A stretch of DNA of 64,000 nt from Dehalococcoidia bacterium (GCA_963664175.2 CAXXOI010000013.1:9784-73783), one strand, 5' to 3'; counted from the first letter of the stretch, positions 10,500 through 21,400 are shown. Program-made: numbers and translations. The notes: a model not told the origin generated them from the letters alone.

Positions 10500-13334
10500 A
10501 TGCCCCGACCACGACGCAACCGCACCGCCGCCGGCAAATCAGTCGAGGCGCTGCGCCACGAGGCGGACACCCGCACCAACATCCCCACCGCGGAGTACCA
10601 GTCGATGGTGGAGGAGGACACGGAGTCACCCCTCCGCATCGCCTACCAGCGGCGCAACCGCGACCTGGACCCGCAGCTGGTCTGGCGGGGCAAGGACGAG
10701 CAGGACATGGCCGACCTGGTGGTCAACGTGCCGCCCCTGTACATCCAGGAGAAGGTGCACCCCAAGGTGCTGATCGACGACCTGCTGCGCCAGTCGCGGA
10801 ACGGCAGCCAGCCGTCGGAGTACCAGGTGGAGATGTTCGCCGATTTCAACGGGCTGCCCGAGGGCGCCGACCGCACCGAGTTCTACCAGCACGAGGGCTA
10901 CTGGCAGAACCGCATGGTCCTGGGCGACAGCCTGCAGGTTATGGCCTCGCTGGCCGAGCGGGAGGGCCTGCAGGGCAAGGTGCAGTGCATCTACATCGAC
11001 CCGCCCTACGGCATCCGGTTCAATTCCAACTTCCAGTGGTCCACCACCAGCCGCGACGTCCGCGACGGCAACCGCCAGCACATCACCCGCGAGCCGGAGC
11101 AGGTCAAGGCCTTCCGCGACACCTGGCGAGACGGCATCCACTCTTACCTGACCTACCTGCGCGACCGTCTCACCGTGGCCCGCGACCTGCTGGCCGACTC
11201 CGGCTCCATCTTCGTCCAGATTGGCGATGAGAACGTCCACCGTGTGCGGTCGCTGATGGACGAGGTGTTTGGAGAGGAAAACTTCGTAAGCCTGATTTCG
11301 ATTCAGACAACTTCCGGATTCCAAGCCAAGTATCTGGGCAATATGTCGGATTTTGTACTGTGGTACGCCAAGAATATAGATACTGGGAAGTCACGTAGCC
11401 CCTTATACCGTAAAGAATTCGTCGTTGGTGAAGGCAATGCCCACTGGTTAATGTTTGATGATTTCACTTACCGGGGTGTGATGGCGCAAGAGAAACGGCA
11501 CTCGGTCGTCCCTGAAGGTGCCAAACCGTACAACCCGGGTGATCTCACATCGCAAGGTCGCGCCCGCGATAGGCAACCGTTCTTGTATGGCGGGAAAAAA
11601 TATGACACGTGGGACAAAAATGCGCACTGGAAAGCGAATTACCCGACAGGGATGAACCGGTTAGCACGAGCGGGTCGTATACATGTCGCGCAGAATTCCA
11701 TCAGGTATGTTCGTTATCACACAGATTTCGATGCAGCGGTTCACGGAAACATATGGACCGACACCGGGACCGGTAGCTTCACCGACGACAAAACCTACGT
11801 CGTGCAAACTAACTCGAAAATCATAGAACGTTGCATCTTGATGACCACCGACCCCGGAGACCTGGTGCTGGACCCCACCTGCGGCTCAGGGACCACGGCC
11901 TACGTGGCCGAGCAGTGGGGACGGCGGTGGATCACCATCGACACCTCCCGCGTCGCCCTGGCCCTGGCCAGGGCCCGCATCATGGGCGCCCGCTATCCCT
12001 ACTACATCCTCGCCGACAGCAAGGATGGGCAGCTCAAGGAGGCCGAGCTGTCCCGACGCGCCCCGTCGGAGATGCCCACCTACGGCAACGTGCGGCAGGG
12101 GTTCGTCTACGAGCGGGTGCCGCACATCACCCTGCGCGACATCGCCAACAACGCCGAGATCGACGTCATCTGGGAGGAGTACCAGGAGAAGCTGGAACCG
12201 CTGCGGGAGGAGCTGAACCGGGCGCTGGACACGGCGTGGGAGGAGTGGGAGATTCCTCGCGACGCCGATGATTCGTGGCCGGAGGAGGCCACCGAACTGC
12301 ACCGGCAGTGGTGGGAGCAGCGCATCGACCGGCAGAAGAAGATCGACGCCTCCATCGCCGCCCGGGCCGAGTACGAGTACCTGTACGACAAACCCTACGA
12401 GGACCGCAGCAGGGTGCGGGTGGCCGGCCCCTTCACCGTGGAGAGCATCTCGCCCCACCGGGTGCTGGGCGTGGACGAGAACGGCGACGTGATCGACGGC
12501 ATAGCCGAGGCCCGCAACGGCTACGGCACGGGCTACGACTTCGGCCAGGTCATACTGGATAACCTGCGGCGTTCCGGCGTGCAGCAGGCCCACCGCGAAG
12601 ACCGCATCAGCTTCACGTCGCTGACGCCCTGGCCGGGGCGGTTCGTCTGCGCCGACGGCCGGTACGTCGAGGGCGGCAGCGTCGGGGATGACGAGGATGC
12701 GCCGACAGGTCCCGAGCGGCGGGCGGCGGTGTTCATCGGGCCGGAGTTCGGCACGGTGTCGCGTCCCGACCTGGTGGAGGCGGCGCGGGAGGCTGCCGAC
12801 GGCGGGTTCGACGTGCTCATCGCCTGCGCCTTCAACTACGACGCCCACACCACCGAGTTCGAGAGCCTGGGGCGAGTGCCGGTGCTGAAGGCCCGCATGA
12901 ACGCCGACCTGCACATGGCGGGCGAGCTTCGCAACACCGGCAGCGGCAACCTGTTCGTCATCTTCGGCGAGCCGGACATCGATGTGCTGGACTGCGGGGA
13001 CGGGCAAATCCAGGTGCGGGTGAACGGCGTGGATGTGTTCCACCCCAACACAGGCGAGGTGCGCAGCGACGAGCCCGACGGCATCGCCTGCTGGTTCATC
13101 GACACCGACTACAACCAGGAGAGTTTCTTCGTCCGCCAAGCCTACTTCCTCGGTGCCGGCGACCCCTACAAGTCGCTAAAGACCACCCTCAAGGCCGAAA
13201 TCGACGAGGACGCCTGGGCCACGCTGCACAGCGCCACCTCGCGCCCGTTCCCCCGACCGGAGTCGGGCCGCATAGCCGTCAAGGTAATCAACCACCTGGG
13301 CGACGAGGTTATGAAGGTGTTCCGGGTGGGGTAA
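10500..13334 (+). CDS. mod: Type III-like DNA methyltransferase Mod (beta-class, DPPY then FxGxG)
   Basis: CIYIDPPYGIRFNSNF (motif IV) precedes LDPTCGSGTTAYVAEQWGRRWITIDTS (motif I). The long C-terminal extension is typical of large Mod proteins. Confidence 0.9.
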   Translation: MPRPRRNRTAAGKSVEALRHEADTRTNIPTAEYQSMVEEDTESPLRIAYQRRNRDLDPQLVWRGKDEQDMADLVVNVPPLYIQEKVHPKVLIDDLLRQSRNGSQPSEYQVEMFADFNGLPEGADRTEFYQHEGYWQNRMVLGDSLQVMASLAEREGLQGKVQCIYIDPPYGIRFNSNFQWSTTSRDVRDGNRQHITREPEQVKAFRDTWRDGIHSYLTYLRDRLTVARDLLADSGSIFVQIGDENVHRVRSLMDEVFGEENFVSLISIQTTSGFQAKYLGNMSDFVLWYAKNIDTGKSRSPLYRKEFVVGEGNAHWLMFDDFTYRGVMAQEKRHSVVPEGAKPYNPGDLTSQGRARDRQPFLYGGKKYDTWDKNAHWKANYPTGMNRLARAGRIHVAQNSIRYVRYHTDFDAAVHGNIWTDTGTGSFTDDKTYVVQTNSKIIERCILMTTDPGDLVLDPTCGSGTTAYVAEQWGRRWITIDTSRVALALARARIMGARYPYYILADSKDGQLKEAELSRRAPSEMPTYGNVRQGFVYERVPHITLRDIANNAEIDVIWEEYQEKLEPLREELNRALDTAWEEWEIPRDADDSWPEEATELHRQWWEQRIDRQKKIDASIAARAEYEYLYDKPYEDRSRVRVAGPFTVESISPHRVLGVDENGDVIDGIAEARNGYGTGYDFGQVILDNLRRSGVQQAHREDRISFTSLTPWPGRFVCADGRYVEGGSVGDDEDAPTGPERRAAVFIGPEFGTVSRPDLVEAAREAADGGFDVLIACAFNYDAHTTEFESLGRVPVLKARMNADLHMAGELRNTGSGNLFVIFGEPDIDVLDCGDGQIQVRVNGVDVFHPNTGEVRSDEPDGIACWFIDTDYNQESFFVRQAYFLGAGDPYKSLKTTLKAEIDEDAWATLHSATSRPFPRPESGRIAVKVINHLGDEVMKVFRVG

Positions 13335-13378
13335 AACCGAACAGTAGCCCTAAGCATTGTTTCCATTAGGATTGGAGC

Positions 13379-14263
13379 ATGACGTACTTCAGCGACAGAG
13401 AGTTTGGGCAGCGGCCGTCCACAGAGGAAGAGATTGAGGAGCCGGTGTGGGAAGGTCTTCGGGCACTCATTGTGAGCAAGCTCGAAGATGGTTCGTTTGG
13501 CGTGGACTTTCCTGACACTTGTCCAGATGGAACGGTACCGGTTGGTACCGACAAGGGTAAATTTGAAGCAGTCTTGTACGCAGAAATTCCAACCTTGCCT
13601 AGGAACATCTTTGGTCATTACCGTGACGGTTCTCCCACCACTATTGATATTCTTGACCTCTTGGAATTCTGCCTACTTCATGTTGCTGAACCGGTGGAGG
13701 GTTCTTATCATTCTTTCTTTCGTCATTCCCATTTGAGCTTCGATAGAGAGTTGGGCCGGCAGAAGTTTTCGGAAGCAGTTAACCGAATCCTCAGTCGCAA
13801 CGGGCTTGCATACACACTTACTGGCGAAGGAATCATCGAGCGGCTTGCACCTCCTGTCTTGCGAGAGGAGTTAATCTCCGCGCACTTTCAGTCAGGCGAT
13901 GCCACACTGGATGCATTATTGGAGGATGCTAGACGGAAGTTTTTCAGTCCCCGAAAGGAAACCCGTGGAGAGGCGTTGGAGAAACTTTGGGATGCCTGGG
14001 AAAGGCTCAAGACGACCGGGGAAGGGTCTGGTAAGAAGGAGCAAATCAACTCGCTGCTTGATGGAGCGGCCGGTACGATTTCCCCGCAGTTCCGGCAGCA
14101 TTTGGAAGCTGATGCAAAAGAACTGACTGACTTGGGCAACAACCTACAGATTCGGCACTTCGAGGTTGGCAAAGAAATGATATATAGGAGTGAACACATC
14201 GATTATCTGTTTCACCGTCTCTTCAACATGGTCCAGATCATCATTCGGACCAAGGGTATCTAA
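13379..14263 (+). CDS. Uncharacterised 294-aa protein, defence-island associated (possibly AbiJ-N-terminal-domain-like)
   Basis: GGAG ribosome-binding site 6 nt upstream. Visibly lower GC than its neighbours. N-terminus MTYFSDREFGQRP and C-terminal LGNNLQIRHFEVGKE...HIDYLFHRLF. The family assignment is from memory only. Confidence 0.65.
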   Translation: MTYFSDREFGQRPSTEEEIEEPVWEGLRALIVSKLEDGSFGVDFPDTCPDGTVPVGTDKGKFEAVLYAEIPTLPRNIFGHYRDGSPTTIDILDLLEFCLLHVAEPVEGSYHSFFRHSHLSFDRELGRQKFSEAVNRILSRNGLAYTLTGEGIIERLAPPVLREELISAHFQSGDATLDALLEDARRKFFSPRKETRGEALEKLWDAWERLKTTGEGSGKKEQINSLLDGAAGTISPQFRQHLEADAKELTDLGNNLQIRHFEVGKEMIYRSEHIDYLFHRLFNMVQIIIRTKGI

Positions 14264-14314
14264 CCAGCTATTGATAGCATTGCTGGTTCGATTAATAAGA
14301 CCCCATTCAATTCA

Positions 14315-16393
14315 ATGCAATTTCGCATAGCCGACACGTTCACCTCCAGCCTGGCCAAGCTGCCCAACGACCAGCAGAGGGCGGCGAAGACCACTGCTTT
14401 CGACCTGCAGACCAATATCGCCCATCCGAGCCTCAGCTTGCACCGCGTGACCGGGGCCAGGGATCCGGGCTTTTGGTCGGCGAGGGTTAACCTAGACCTG
14501 CGCATCATCCTGCATCGTGAGGGTGAGGACGTCGTCCTCTGCTACGTGGACAGCCACGATGACGCCTACCGGTGGGCGGAACGCCGCCGGCTGGAGACCC
14601 ACCCCACCACCGGCGCGGCGCAGCTTGTGGAACTGCGGGAGGTAGTGCAGGAGGTGGTTGTTCCGGTCTACGTGGAGGAGGAACGGACGGGGCTGCCGAA
14701 GTCGTTGCCTTTCGCTCGCATCCCGGATGAGCAACTGCTGGGGTACGGCGTGCCTAATGAGTGGCTCGACGATGTCAGAGGCGCCACCGAGGACAGTGTG
14801 CTGGACCTGGCCGACCACCTGCCGGCGGAGGCGGCCGAGGCCCTGCTGGAACTGGCGGTGGGTGGGACTCCGCAGCCGTCCCTCCCGGTGCCGGCGGGAG
14901 GCGATCCCTTCAGCCACCCAGATGCCCTGCGCCGGTTCCGCATTATGAATAACGTCGAGGAACTAGCGGCGGCCCTCGAATATCCGTGGGAGAGATGGAC
15001 TGTCTTCCTTCACCCCGACCAACGAGGCATCGTGGAGCGAAACTACAACGGGCCTGCCAGGGTATCCGGCTCGGCGGGTACGGGCAAGACCGTCGTCGCC
15101 CTGCACCGGGCTGCCCACCTGGCCAGGACCGACCCGGACGCCCGCGTGCTGCTGACAACCTTCTCTGACGCGCTGGCCAGTCAGTTGCGAGCTAAACTCG
15201 CGGTTTTGATGAGCGACGGACCTGAGGCGGTGGACAAAGTTGAAGTTCAAGCTCTGGATGCTCTGGGTCTCAGCCTGTACGAGGCCAGATACGGGACAGT
15301 GGAACTGGCGACGACGCGCATCGTTGAGGAACTCATCGTGGAGGCTGTCTCAGCAGAGGGAACCAACTTCGCCTTGGCGTTCGTTACGTCGGAGTGGGAG
15401 AGGGTCATCGACGCCTGGCAGCTGTCGACGTGGGAGGATTACCGGAACGTGCGTCGCATCGGCCGGTACCGGCGTCTGTCCGAGACCCAGCGTGAGACAC
15501 TGTGGCCGGTGTTCGAGCAGGTGAGGGCAGGACTTCGGCAACGAGGGTTGATTACAAAAGCGGAAATGTTCGGGCGGCTTACCACCGAACTCGCTGGGCA
15601 AGAAGTATCGCCGTATCAGTATGTAGTCGTGGATGAAGCCCAGGATGTCAGTGTCCCGCAGCTGAGGTTCCTGGCAACCCTCGCCGGAGGCCGCCAGAAC
15701 GGCCTGTTCTTCGCTGGCGACATTGGGCAACGTATCTTCCAGCAGCCGTTCTCATGGCGGGAACTGGGCGTAGACGTGCGAGGACGCTCACAGACCTTGC
15801 GCATCAACTACCGCACCTCCCACCAGATCAGGTCACAGGCGGATCGCCTGCTGGATCCGGAACTGTCAGACGTAGACGGCAACACCGAGGAACACAGGGG
15901 AACCGTGTCCGTCTTCAACGGGCCGAAACCGACCGTGCGGGCCCTCGCGGGCGAGAATGCAGAAATTGAGGCGGTTGCAGAGTGGTTAAAGGTGCGAATC
16001 AAGGATGGCCTTGAGCCCAATGAGGTTGGGATCTTCGTTAGGTCCCCTGAACAGATCGACAGGGCCGTCGCCACTGTGAAGAGTGCTGGCCTGCCGTACA
16101 GCGTCCTGGACGACGGTGTGGAGACGGGTGATGGTGCCGTTAACGTCGGCACGATGCACCTGGCCAAGGGCCTCGAGTTCCGCGCCGTCGCGGTGATGGG
16201 CTGCGATAGCGAGGTCATCCCTCTGCAATCAAGGGTCGAGTCGATCGTCGACGAGGCCGACTTGGAAGAGGTCTACAACACCGAGCGGAACCTGCTGTAC
16301 GTCGCCTGCACCCGTGCCCGGGACCAACTGTTGGTTACTGGGGTAAAGCCCGTATCAGAGTTTCTCGATGACCTTGTGATCAACGACAATTAG
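14315..16393 (+). CDS. UvrD/PcrA-type SF1 helicase with N-terminal RelE/ParE-like domain
   Basis: N-terminal DLRIILHREGEDVVLCYVDSHDDAYRWAERR, then GSAGTGKTVVALHRA (Walker A), YVVVDEAQDV (Walker B) and LLYVACTRARDQL. Confidence 0.85.
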   Translation: MQFRIADTFTSSLAKLPNDQQRAAKTTAFDLQTNIAHPSLSLHRVTGARDPGFWSARVNLDLRIILHREGEDVVLCYVDSHDDAYRWAERRRLETHPTTGAAQLVELREVVQEVVVPVYVEEERTGLPKSLPFARIPDEQLLGYGVPNEWLDDVRGATEDSVLDLADHLPAEAAEALLELAVGGTPQPSLPVPAGGDPFSHPDALRRFRIMNNVEELAAALEYPWERWTVFLHPDQRGIVERNYNGPARVSGSAGTGKTVVALHRAAHLARTDPDARVLLTTFSDALASQLRAKLAVLMSDGPEAVDKVEVQALDALGLSLYEARYGTVELATTRIVEELIVEAVSAEGTNFALAFVTSEWERVIDAWQLSTWEDYRNVRRIGRYRRLSETQRETLWPVFEQVRAGLRQRGLITKAEMFGRLTTELAGQEVSPYQYVVVDEAQDVSVPQLRFLATLAGGRQNGLFFAGDIGQRIFQQPFSWRELGVDVRGRSQTLRINYRTSHQIRSQADRLLDPELSDVDGNTEEHRGTVSVFNGPKPTVRALAGENAEIEAVAEWLKVRIKDGLEPNEVGIFVRSPEQIDRAVATVKSAGLPYSVLDDGVETGDGAVNVGTMHLAKGLEFRAVAVMGCDSEVIPLQSRVESIVDEADLEEVYNTERNLLYVACTRARDQLLVTGVKPVSEFLDDLVINDN

Positions 16394-16774
16394 CGCTGTA
16401 GACCGCATCGCTAGAGTGGATCGTGCAGGCGGAAGATCACCTACACTTTCCTGTCAGTTTGCCACGTCGGTGACACCTGAGTAGGACGGGTAACGCACCA
16501 GCTGCTGGTCTGCACCGGAGCGATCCGTGTGGGTGGCTAGCCTTGGCTTGGATGGGCCACAAGTCTCTCCCTTCAGCTTGTTCAGGTGTGGGTCACAAAG
16601 GCATGGTGCTATCCGCATCAATTGTGGGGCGAATGTCCCGCGTCAAGCATTTCTGGCGATTTTCGTTGCCTCACCAGAATATGGTACCGAAACTTTAGCG
16701 CCTGGAATCCATTCCAATCAGAGCCATTGACACCACTAATGTGGCCCAGTTCGCTGACGGTCAGCAGTTTATTT

Positions 16775-17605
16775 TCAATTGCCCTTTGGGCGGGGGTCGA
16801 ACATCTCGACCCGTACCTCCATTGCTTTGGGATAAAGGGCCGGGCCAAACTGGTTGAATATTGCCACGTCAGCCGCATCACGCCCATAAGCTACGGCAAC
16901 TCTCCCGCCACGTGGAGCGGCCTGCGTTGCATCGAAGGTGTACCAACGGCCACCAACAAACGCCTCGAACCAAGCGTGAAAATCCATCGGCATGAGTTCG
17001 TGCAGATAGCCTACAACCATACGCGCCGGGATGCAGAGACTGCGGCACAACGCGATGCCCAAATGAGCGAGCTCGCGGCATACGCCCTCCCCTTGACGGT
17101 TAACCTCGACTGCCGACATCTGAAAATTGCTGGAATCTGGATTAAAACGCACGGAGCTGCGGATCCACTCTACAATTCTGGCCACTTGATCGTAGCCGGG
17201 CTCGACACCGTTCACCAGGTCCCAGCCGAGGTCCGTAAATTGGTCTGATTCGCAATAGCGGCTGGGAAGAAGATAGGTTAGAACCTCTTCCGGTAGATTT
17301 TGCACCTCGTGAAATGGCGCGCCGGGCGACACGTCAATACCGCCTGGGGTTGAAACGTCCGCAGATCTACTGAAAGTGAACTCACCCGGGGGTGCAACCA
17401 ATCGCTCGCACAGGTTACCGTAACCGTCAACGAAGCCTGTGATTTGTACGTTTGGCGTCAACGTGCAGTCTTCATGAGCCACCCACTGATTTGCTCCACT
17501 ACGTGGACGGAGCATCAGGATGAAAGGCGCGGGGACGCTCACATCAAAGGTAATTTCACAACTTGTACGAAGCCACACTGCGATTCCGTTCCTTGTCATG
17601 ACCAC
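16775..17605 (-). CDS. Transglutaminase-like cysteine protease family protein
   Basis: GEGVCRELAHLGIALCRSL, DFHAWFEAFVGGRWYTFDAT: the Cys-His-Asp arrangement of the transglutaminase core. Confidence 0.8.
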   Translation of the reverse strand: MVMTRNGIAVWLRTSCEITFDVSVPAPFILMLRPRSGANQWVAHEDCTLTPNVQITGFVDGYGNLCERLVAPPGEFTFSRSADVSTPGGIDVSPGAPFHEVQNLPEEVLTYLLPSRYCESDQFTDLGWDLVNGVEPGYDQVARIVEWIRSSVRFNPDSSNFQMSAVEVNRQGEGVCRELAHLGIALCRSLCIPARMVVGYLHELMPMDFHAWFEAFVGGRWYTFDATQAAPRGGRVAVAYGRDAADVAIFNQFGPALYPKAMEVRVEMFDPRPKGN

Positions 17606-17799
17606 GTTTTCAACCGGCCATAGTCCAGTGTAACAGGGTGCCTAGAAATCTAACCGGACAGTGGGGTCGCTTCGTCGCTGCCTGAATTTGGAGTCAACAA
17701 GCGCGACTAGCGTAGCGAGGGCTGAGAGTCCTGGAAGGGCGTTCGCAACCAGCTGCATCTTGACCCTTAGGGGCGGTCAACCCCTACGGTTTGCTTGCC

Positions 17800-18120
17800 T
17801 CGCTGCGGAGCCAGTTGTTCCCAGACGCCGATTTCGCTTTGTCCTACTGCGCAGACAAGGGCTGGCACAGCGTCCCGCCCAGCCTGCTGGCCGCCGCCCT
17901 CTTGCTCTAGTCCCTAGACAAGGTCAGCGACACCGCGGCCAAGGCTCCTGGCAACTCAGATATCCTCTGGAGAGTGGTCTTGGGGATTGAGATGGAATAC
18001 GGGCCGGTTGCCAAAAGCATGCCGCAAGTTTTTCTCGCCCAGCCTACATCCGACCCGGAAGCCTGGCTACCTGAAAAATCGGAAGATGAATTTACGAAAA
18101 CTTCCTGCAGGTCCCTAATT
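17800..18120 (+). pseudogene. Transposase N-terminal (DUF772-like, IS5/IS1182-type) fragment
   Basis: Manual translation gives LFPDADFALSYCADKGWHSVPPSLLAAALLL*SLDKVSDTAAK...LWRVVLGIEMEYGPVAKSMPQVF, with an in-frame TAG at 17907-17909. No DDE domain follows. Confidence 0.4.
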
Positions 18121-18164
18121 CATGTTGTATTGGGTGTTTGCCTGGGAGCTGCGGCAGGTGTGGC

Positions 18165-18425
18165 GTAGGTCGTCTCAGCCAACTCAGTGCCTCGCCACGG
18201 GTGCGGTGGGCTACGATATGTCCGTGCTTCCAGGTACTCCTAGCGATGCGCAGTGGCGTTGGGTGCCCCGGCCGCCACAATCCTCCGGGCCATCCCGATG
18301 CGGCCGCTGTGTCGTCCTGGAGTCAGTCACCCAGGCCGCCGGGCCCCGCCGCTGCGCGCACCTGGTCGGTCAGGGCCTCGCCGTGGGCTCGGCGTCCTCG
18401 GGCAGGAATCCCGCAGGGCGATGGA
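18165..18425 (-). pseudogene. Tyrosine recombinase C-terminal fragment, frameshifted paralog of 24178..24930
   Basis: Across three frames the minus strand reads GEALTDQVRAAAGPGGLGD / HSGRIGMARRIVAAGAPNA / WKHGHIVAHRTRGEALSWL. The intact gene has GEALANRVRAAARAAGLGD, HSGRIGMARRMVAAGAPNA, WKNGNMVARYTRGESAGEALKWL. Confidence 0.65.
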
Positions 18426-18450
18426 GATCGACTGAGACTCCTTGCGGTAG

Positions 18451-21400
18451 CTATTCTGCCACTCTAATTCGACCGAATTCCTCCACAAGTAGTTCCTCAT
18501 CACACAATTCCTGCACACGCAAACTGATCGCAGAGTTAATCTTCGAGCCTGCCCTCCCGAACCCATAAACCCTTGCAACTTCCCTTATCAACTCGGACCT
18601 GGGGGTCCCGAACATTGCCCTTACGGTCTCCACGATGACCGCTCTCAACTCGCCTGGGGGCACGTATTCAATCTTTCGATCACAGGCTGTGCGTGGTTGC
18701 CGCTCCAGTTGCTCGTCATCGACCCATACAAAGTCCTCGGCTCGATGGAGAGTTCCCTGTCCGACCAGATGGTCAATGAGCCGAAATACCCTCCCTCTGG
18801 CAGTGGCGGACAGGCGCTCTGAGTAGTAACACTCTTTTATGCGGTCCAGGACAGCCTCTATAGGTACAGGGCCCTCGACTTTCACAACTGTGCCAACAAG
18901 TTCCGTCAGGACATTAACGGACTCGTCGGCAATTCCGTAACGCGAACCGGTCCTTGGCAAAGGAGCTTTCTGGTATTGCGCCAGTTCCAGCTTGCTTGCC
19001 TCGGGCTGCATGACCTCGAACTCTTCCAAATCAGATGCAGGAGTAGGGTAAAAATCAGCGGGCGCCTCGGCCGTAACCGTGAAACTGCTCCTCGAGGCAA
19101 TAAGGGCCTCCTCGACACGCTTAATCTCTGCGTCCGGATTTTTGGCCCAGGCTGTGGACCAGATCCTCAAGATACGCCAGCCGAGGCCCTCGAGGACCTG
19201 TTGCCTTTGCCAGTCGCGGTCTCTAGCGGCAGGGGCGCTGTGATATTGCCATCCATCACACTCTATCCCCAGATCATAGCCGTCCGAGTCCTCCGACATA
19301 ATAGCCAGATCAATCCGGTAACCCGCCACTCCCACCTGACGGTGGATCCTGTACCCTCTGGCGAGCAGCGCCTTCTCAACGGACTCTTCGAAAGGAGAGT
19401 CGGGTTCGGCTTCAGGGTCCACGGTCACCTGACCTACGATGGCACGGTTTGGAGCCTCAGCGTATTCCAGGTAGCGTTTGAGCATCCTAGGACCGGTCCG
19501 ATCAGAGGTGATTGCCGATGGAAGCAGGGAATGGACTACATCCATCCGCCGCCGGGCCCTGGAAACCACTACATTAAGTCTCCGCTCGCCCCCGGGAGTG
19601 TTTAGGGGCCCGAACCTGTTCGGCGTAGCTCCGGATTCTTGCGTGGGACCGTAGCCAATGCTGACTATGATCCGGTCCCGCTCGTCTCCCTGGACGTTCT
19701 CTAGATTCTTGACGAAAAAAGGCTCATCCAAGTCCGCTGCGAAACGATGGTCAACATCGCGTCCGTTTAGGCGTCTATTTTCGATCAATCTGTCTATATG
19801 ATCGGCCTGAGCACGGGATAGCGCTACGACTCCAAGGCTCTCATGGGCAGGACGGGACCGCATATGTTCGAATACCAGGTCTGCCACGCGTTCCGCCTCA
19901 GCCCGGTTCGTCCTGGTGGCCCCAGCGTCATATCTGCCCTCAGGGATGTGGATGTCATGCACACCTTCCCAGGAATTACCATCCGATTGTGACGGAGAGG
20001 GAAAGGTGAGCAATCGGTCATCGTAGTAATAATGGTTGGAAAATCGGATCAAACTGTCGTGTTTGCTCCGATAGTGGACGGATAGATGCGCCTCGGAAAA
20101 AACTGAGCCGGCCAATCCGATTGCAACGTCGAGGATACTTTCCTGTCCAGCAAGACGGTCTTGCGGTTCTTCATATCCGTCTTCGTCGTATCCCTCTTCC
20201 TCCTGAGCCTGGGCCCGGAAGAAACTGCTGGGTGGTAACTGCTTCTGATCTCCAGCGAAAACCACCTGTTTGCCGCGCCGAACTGCGGGAATGGCATCTT
20301 CGGGAAAGACCTGGGACGCCTCGTCGAATATGACAACATCGAAATCCAAGTCCGGGGGGAGAGATTGACTGACCGCAAGAGGGCTGACCAGAAAACACGG
20401 CTTGAGTACCTGCACAAGCCGCGGAATATTCTGCAGCAATCTCCGAACACTCCACTGGCGCCGTTGTTTGGAAAGTTCTCGGCGCATTATTGCCAGGTCG
20501 CTGGTTCCGGAGGTCCCTACGCGAAGATCCGGGTAGGACTGAAATACCCGTTTGCGTATTTCGTTTTGCGCGGTGTCGACCAGCCTCTGGTCAAGGTCCC
20601 TGAATCTGTCAGCGTGAGTGGCGTGCTCAGACGTTCCGAACTGGGCGAGCTCGGGCTCCTGGGAATTTAGCCAATCGAGCCATGCCGTCCACAGGCGGCG
20701 CTGGATGACCAGGGGAACTACGGAGCTGTCGTCGGTAGCCTCTCTAATTCGAGACGTAGTACCGCTCCCGATGTGGTTGTCCAGATCAGAAACGGCACCC
20801 TGATAGGTCAGCCAGTCACCCGCCGAATCCGCTTCCGCCGCAAGTCTCTTGAGCCATTGAAGTGCGTGATCAAAATCGGTTTCCTCACCTTCGGCGAAGG
20901 GAGTGAACGCCAGGTCGTATCGTTCCTCCAGGGATTCCAGCAGCATCCACATGCGATCAACCGTTGCAGTGGCATGTTCTGCGGTTTCCCGGTACGCAGA
21001 TGCAGGCATGGGATGTTCCACTTGTTGAATAAGGCTCGACGAGAAGTCGGCAGTGGGCCTCAGTCCGATCAGGTGCCGGGCCCAATCCAAGGATTCCTCA
21101 ATCTCGGTCCAGTCGGTGTCGAAATCCCGGTAGCGCGCGCCGAATCCTAGCTGAAGGTCAACTTGCCGCTCCGTGTTCTCTCCTTCCAACCGGCGAACAC
21201 TGCTCCCCTTTTTCAACAAATTTTTCAGATGGACTACGTCAGGAATCGTGCCGCGGCTGGTATCAACAGAGGATTCCACCACCTTTTCAATCCTCTCCAC
21301 AATTCCTAGCGCTTCATCCAATTGCTCTGTGTAGTTCTTCAAGTTCAGGACGTCGTTCGATAACTTCTGCCCTACCTGCGTGTTTAGTTGGCTGCAATGC

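Noticed and set aside
16586-17248. 220-aa plus-strand ORF
   Set aside because: It is antisense to the transglutaminase-like gene 16775..17605, which has clear catalytic motifs. No recognisable features of its own.
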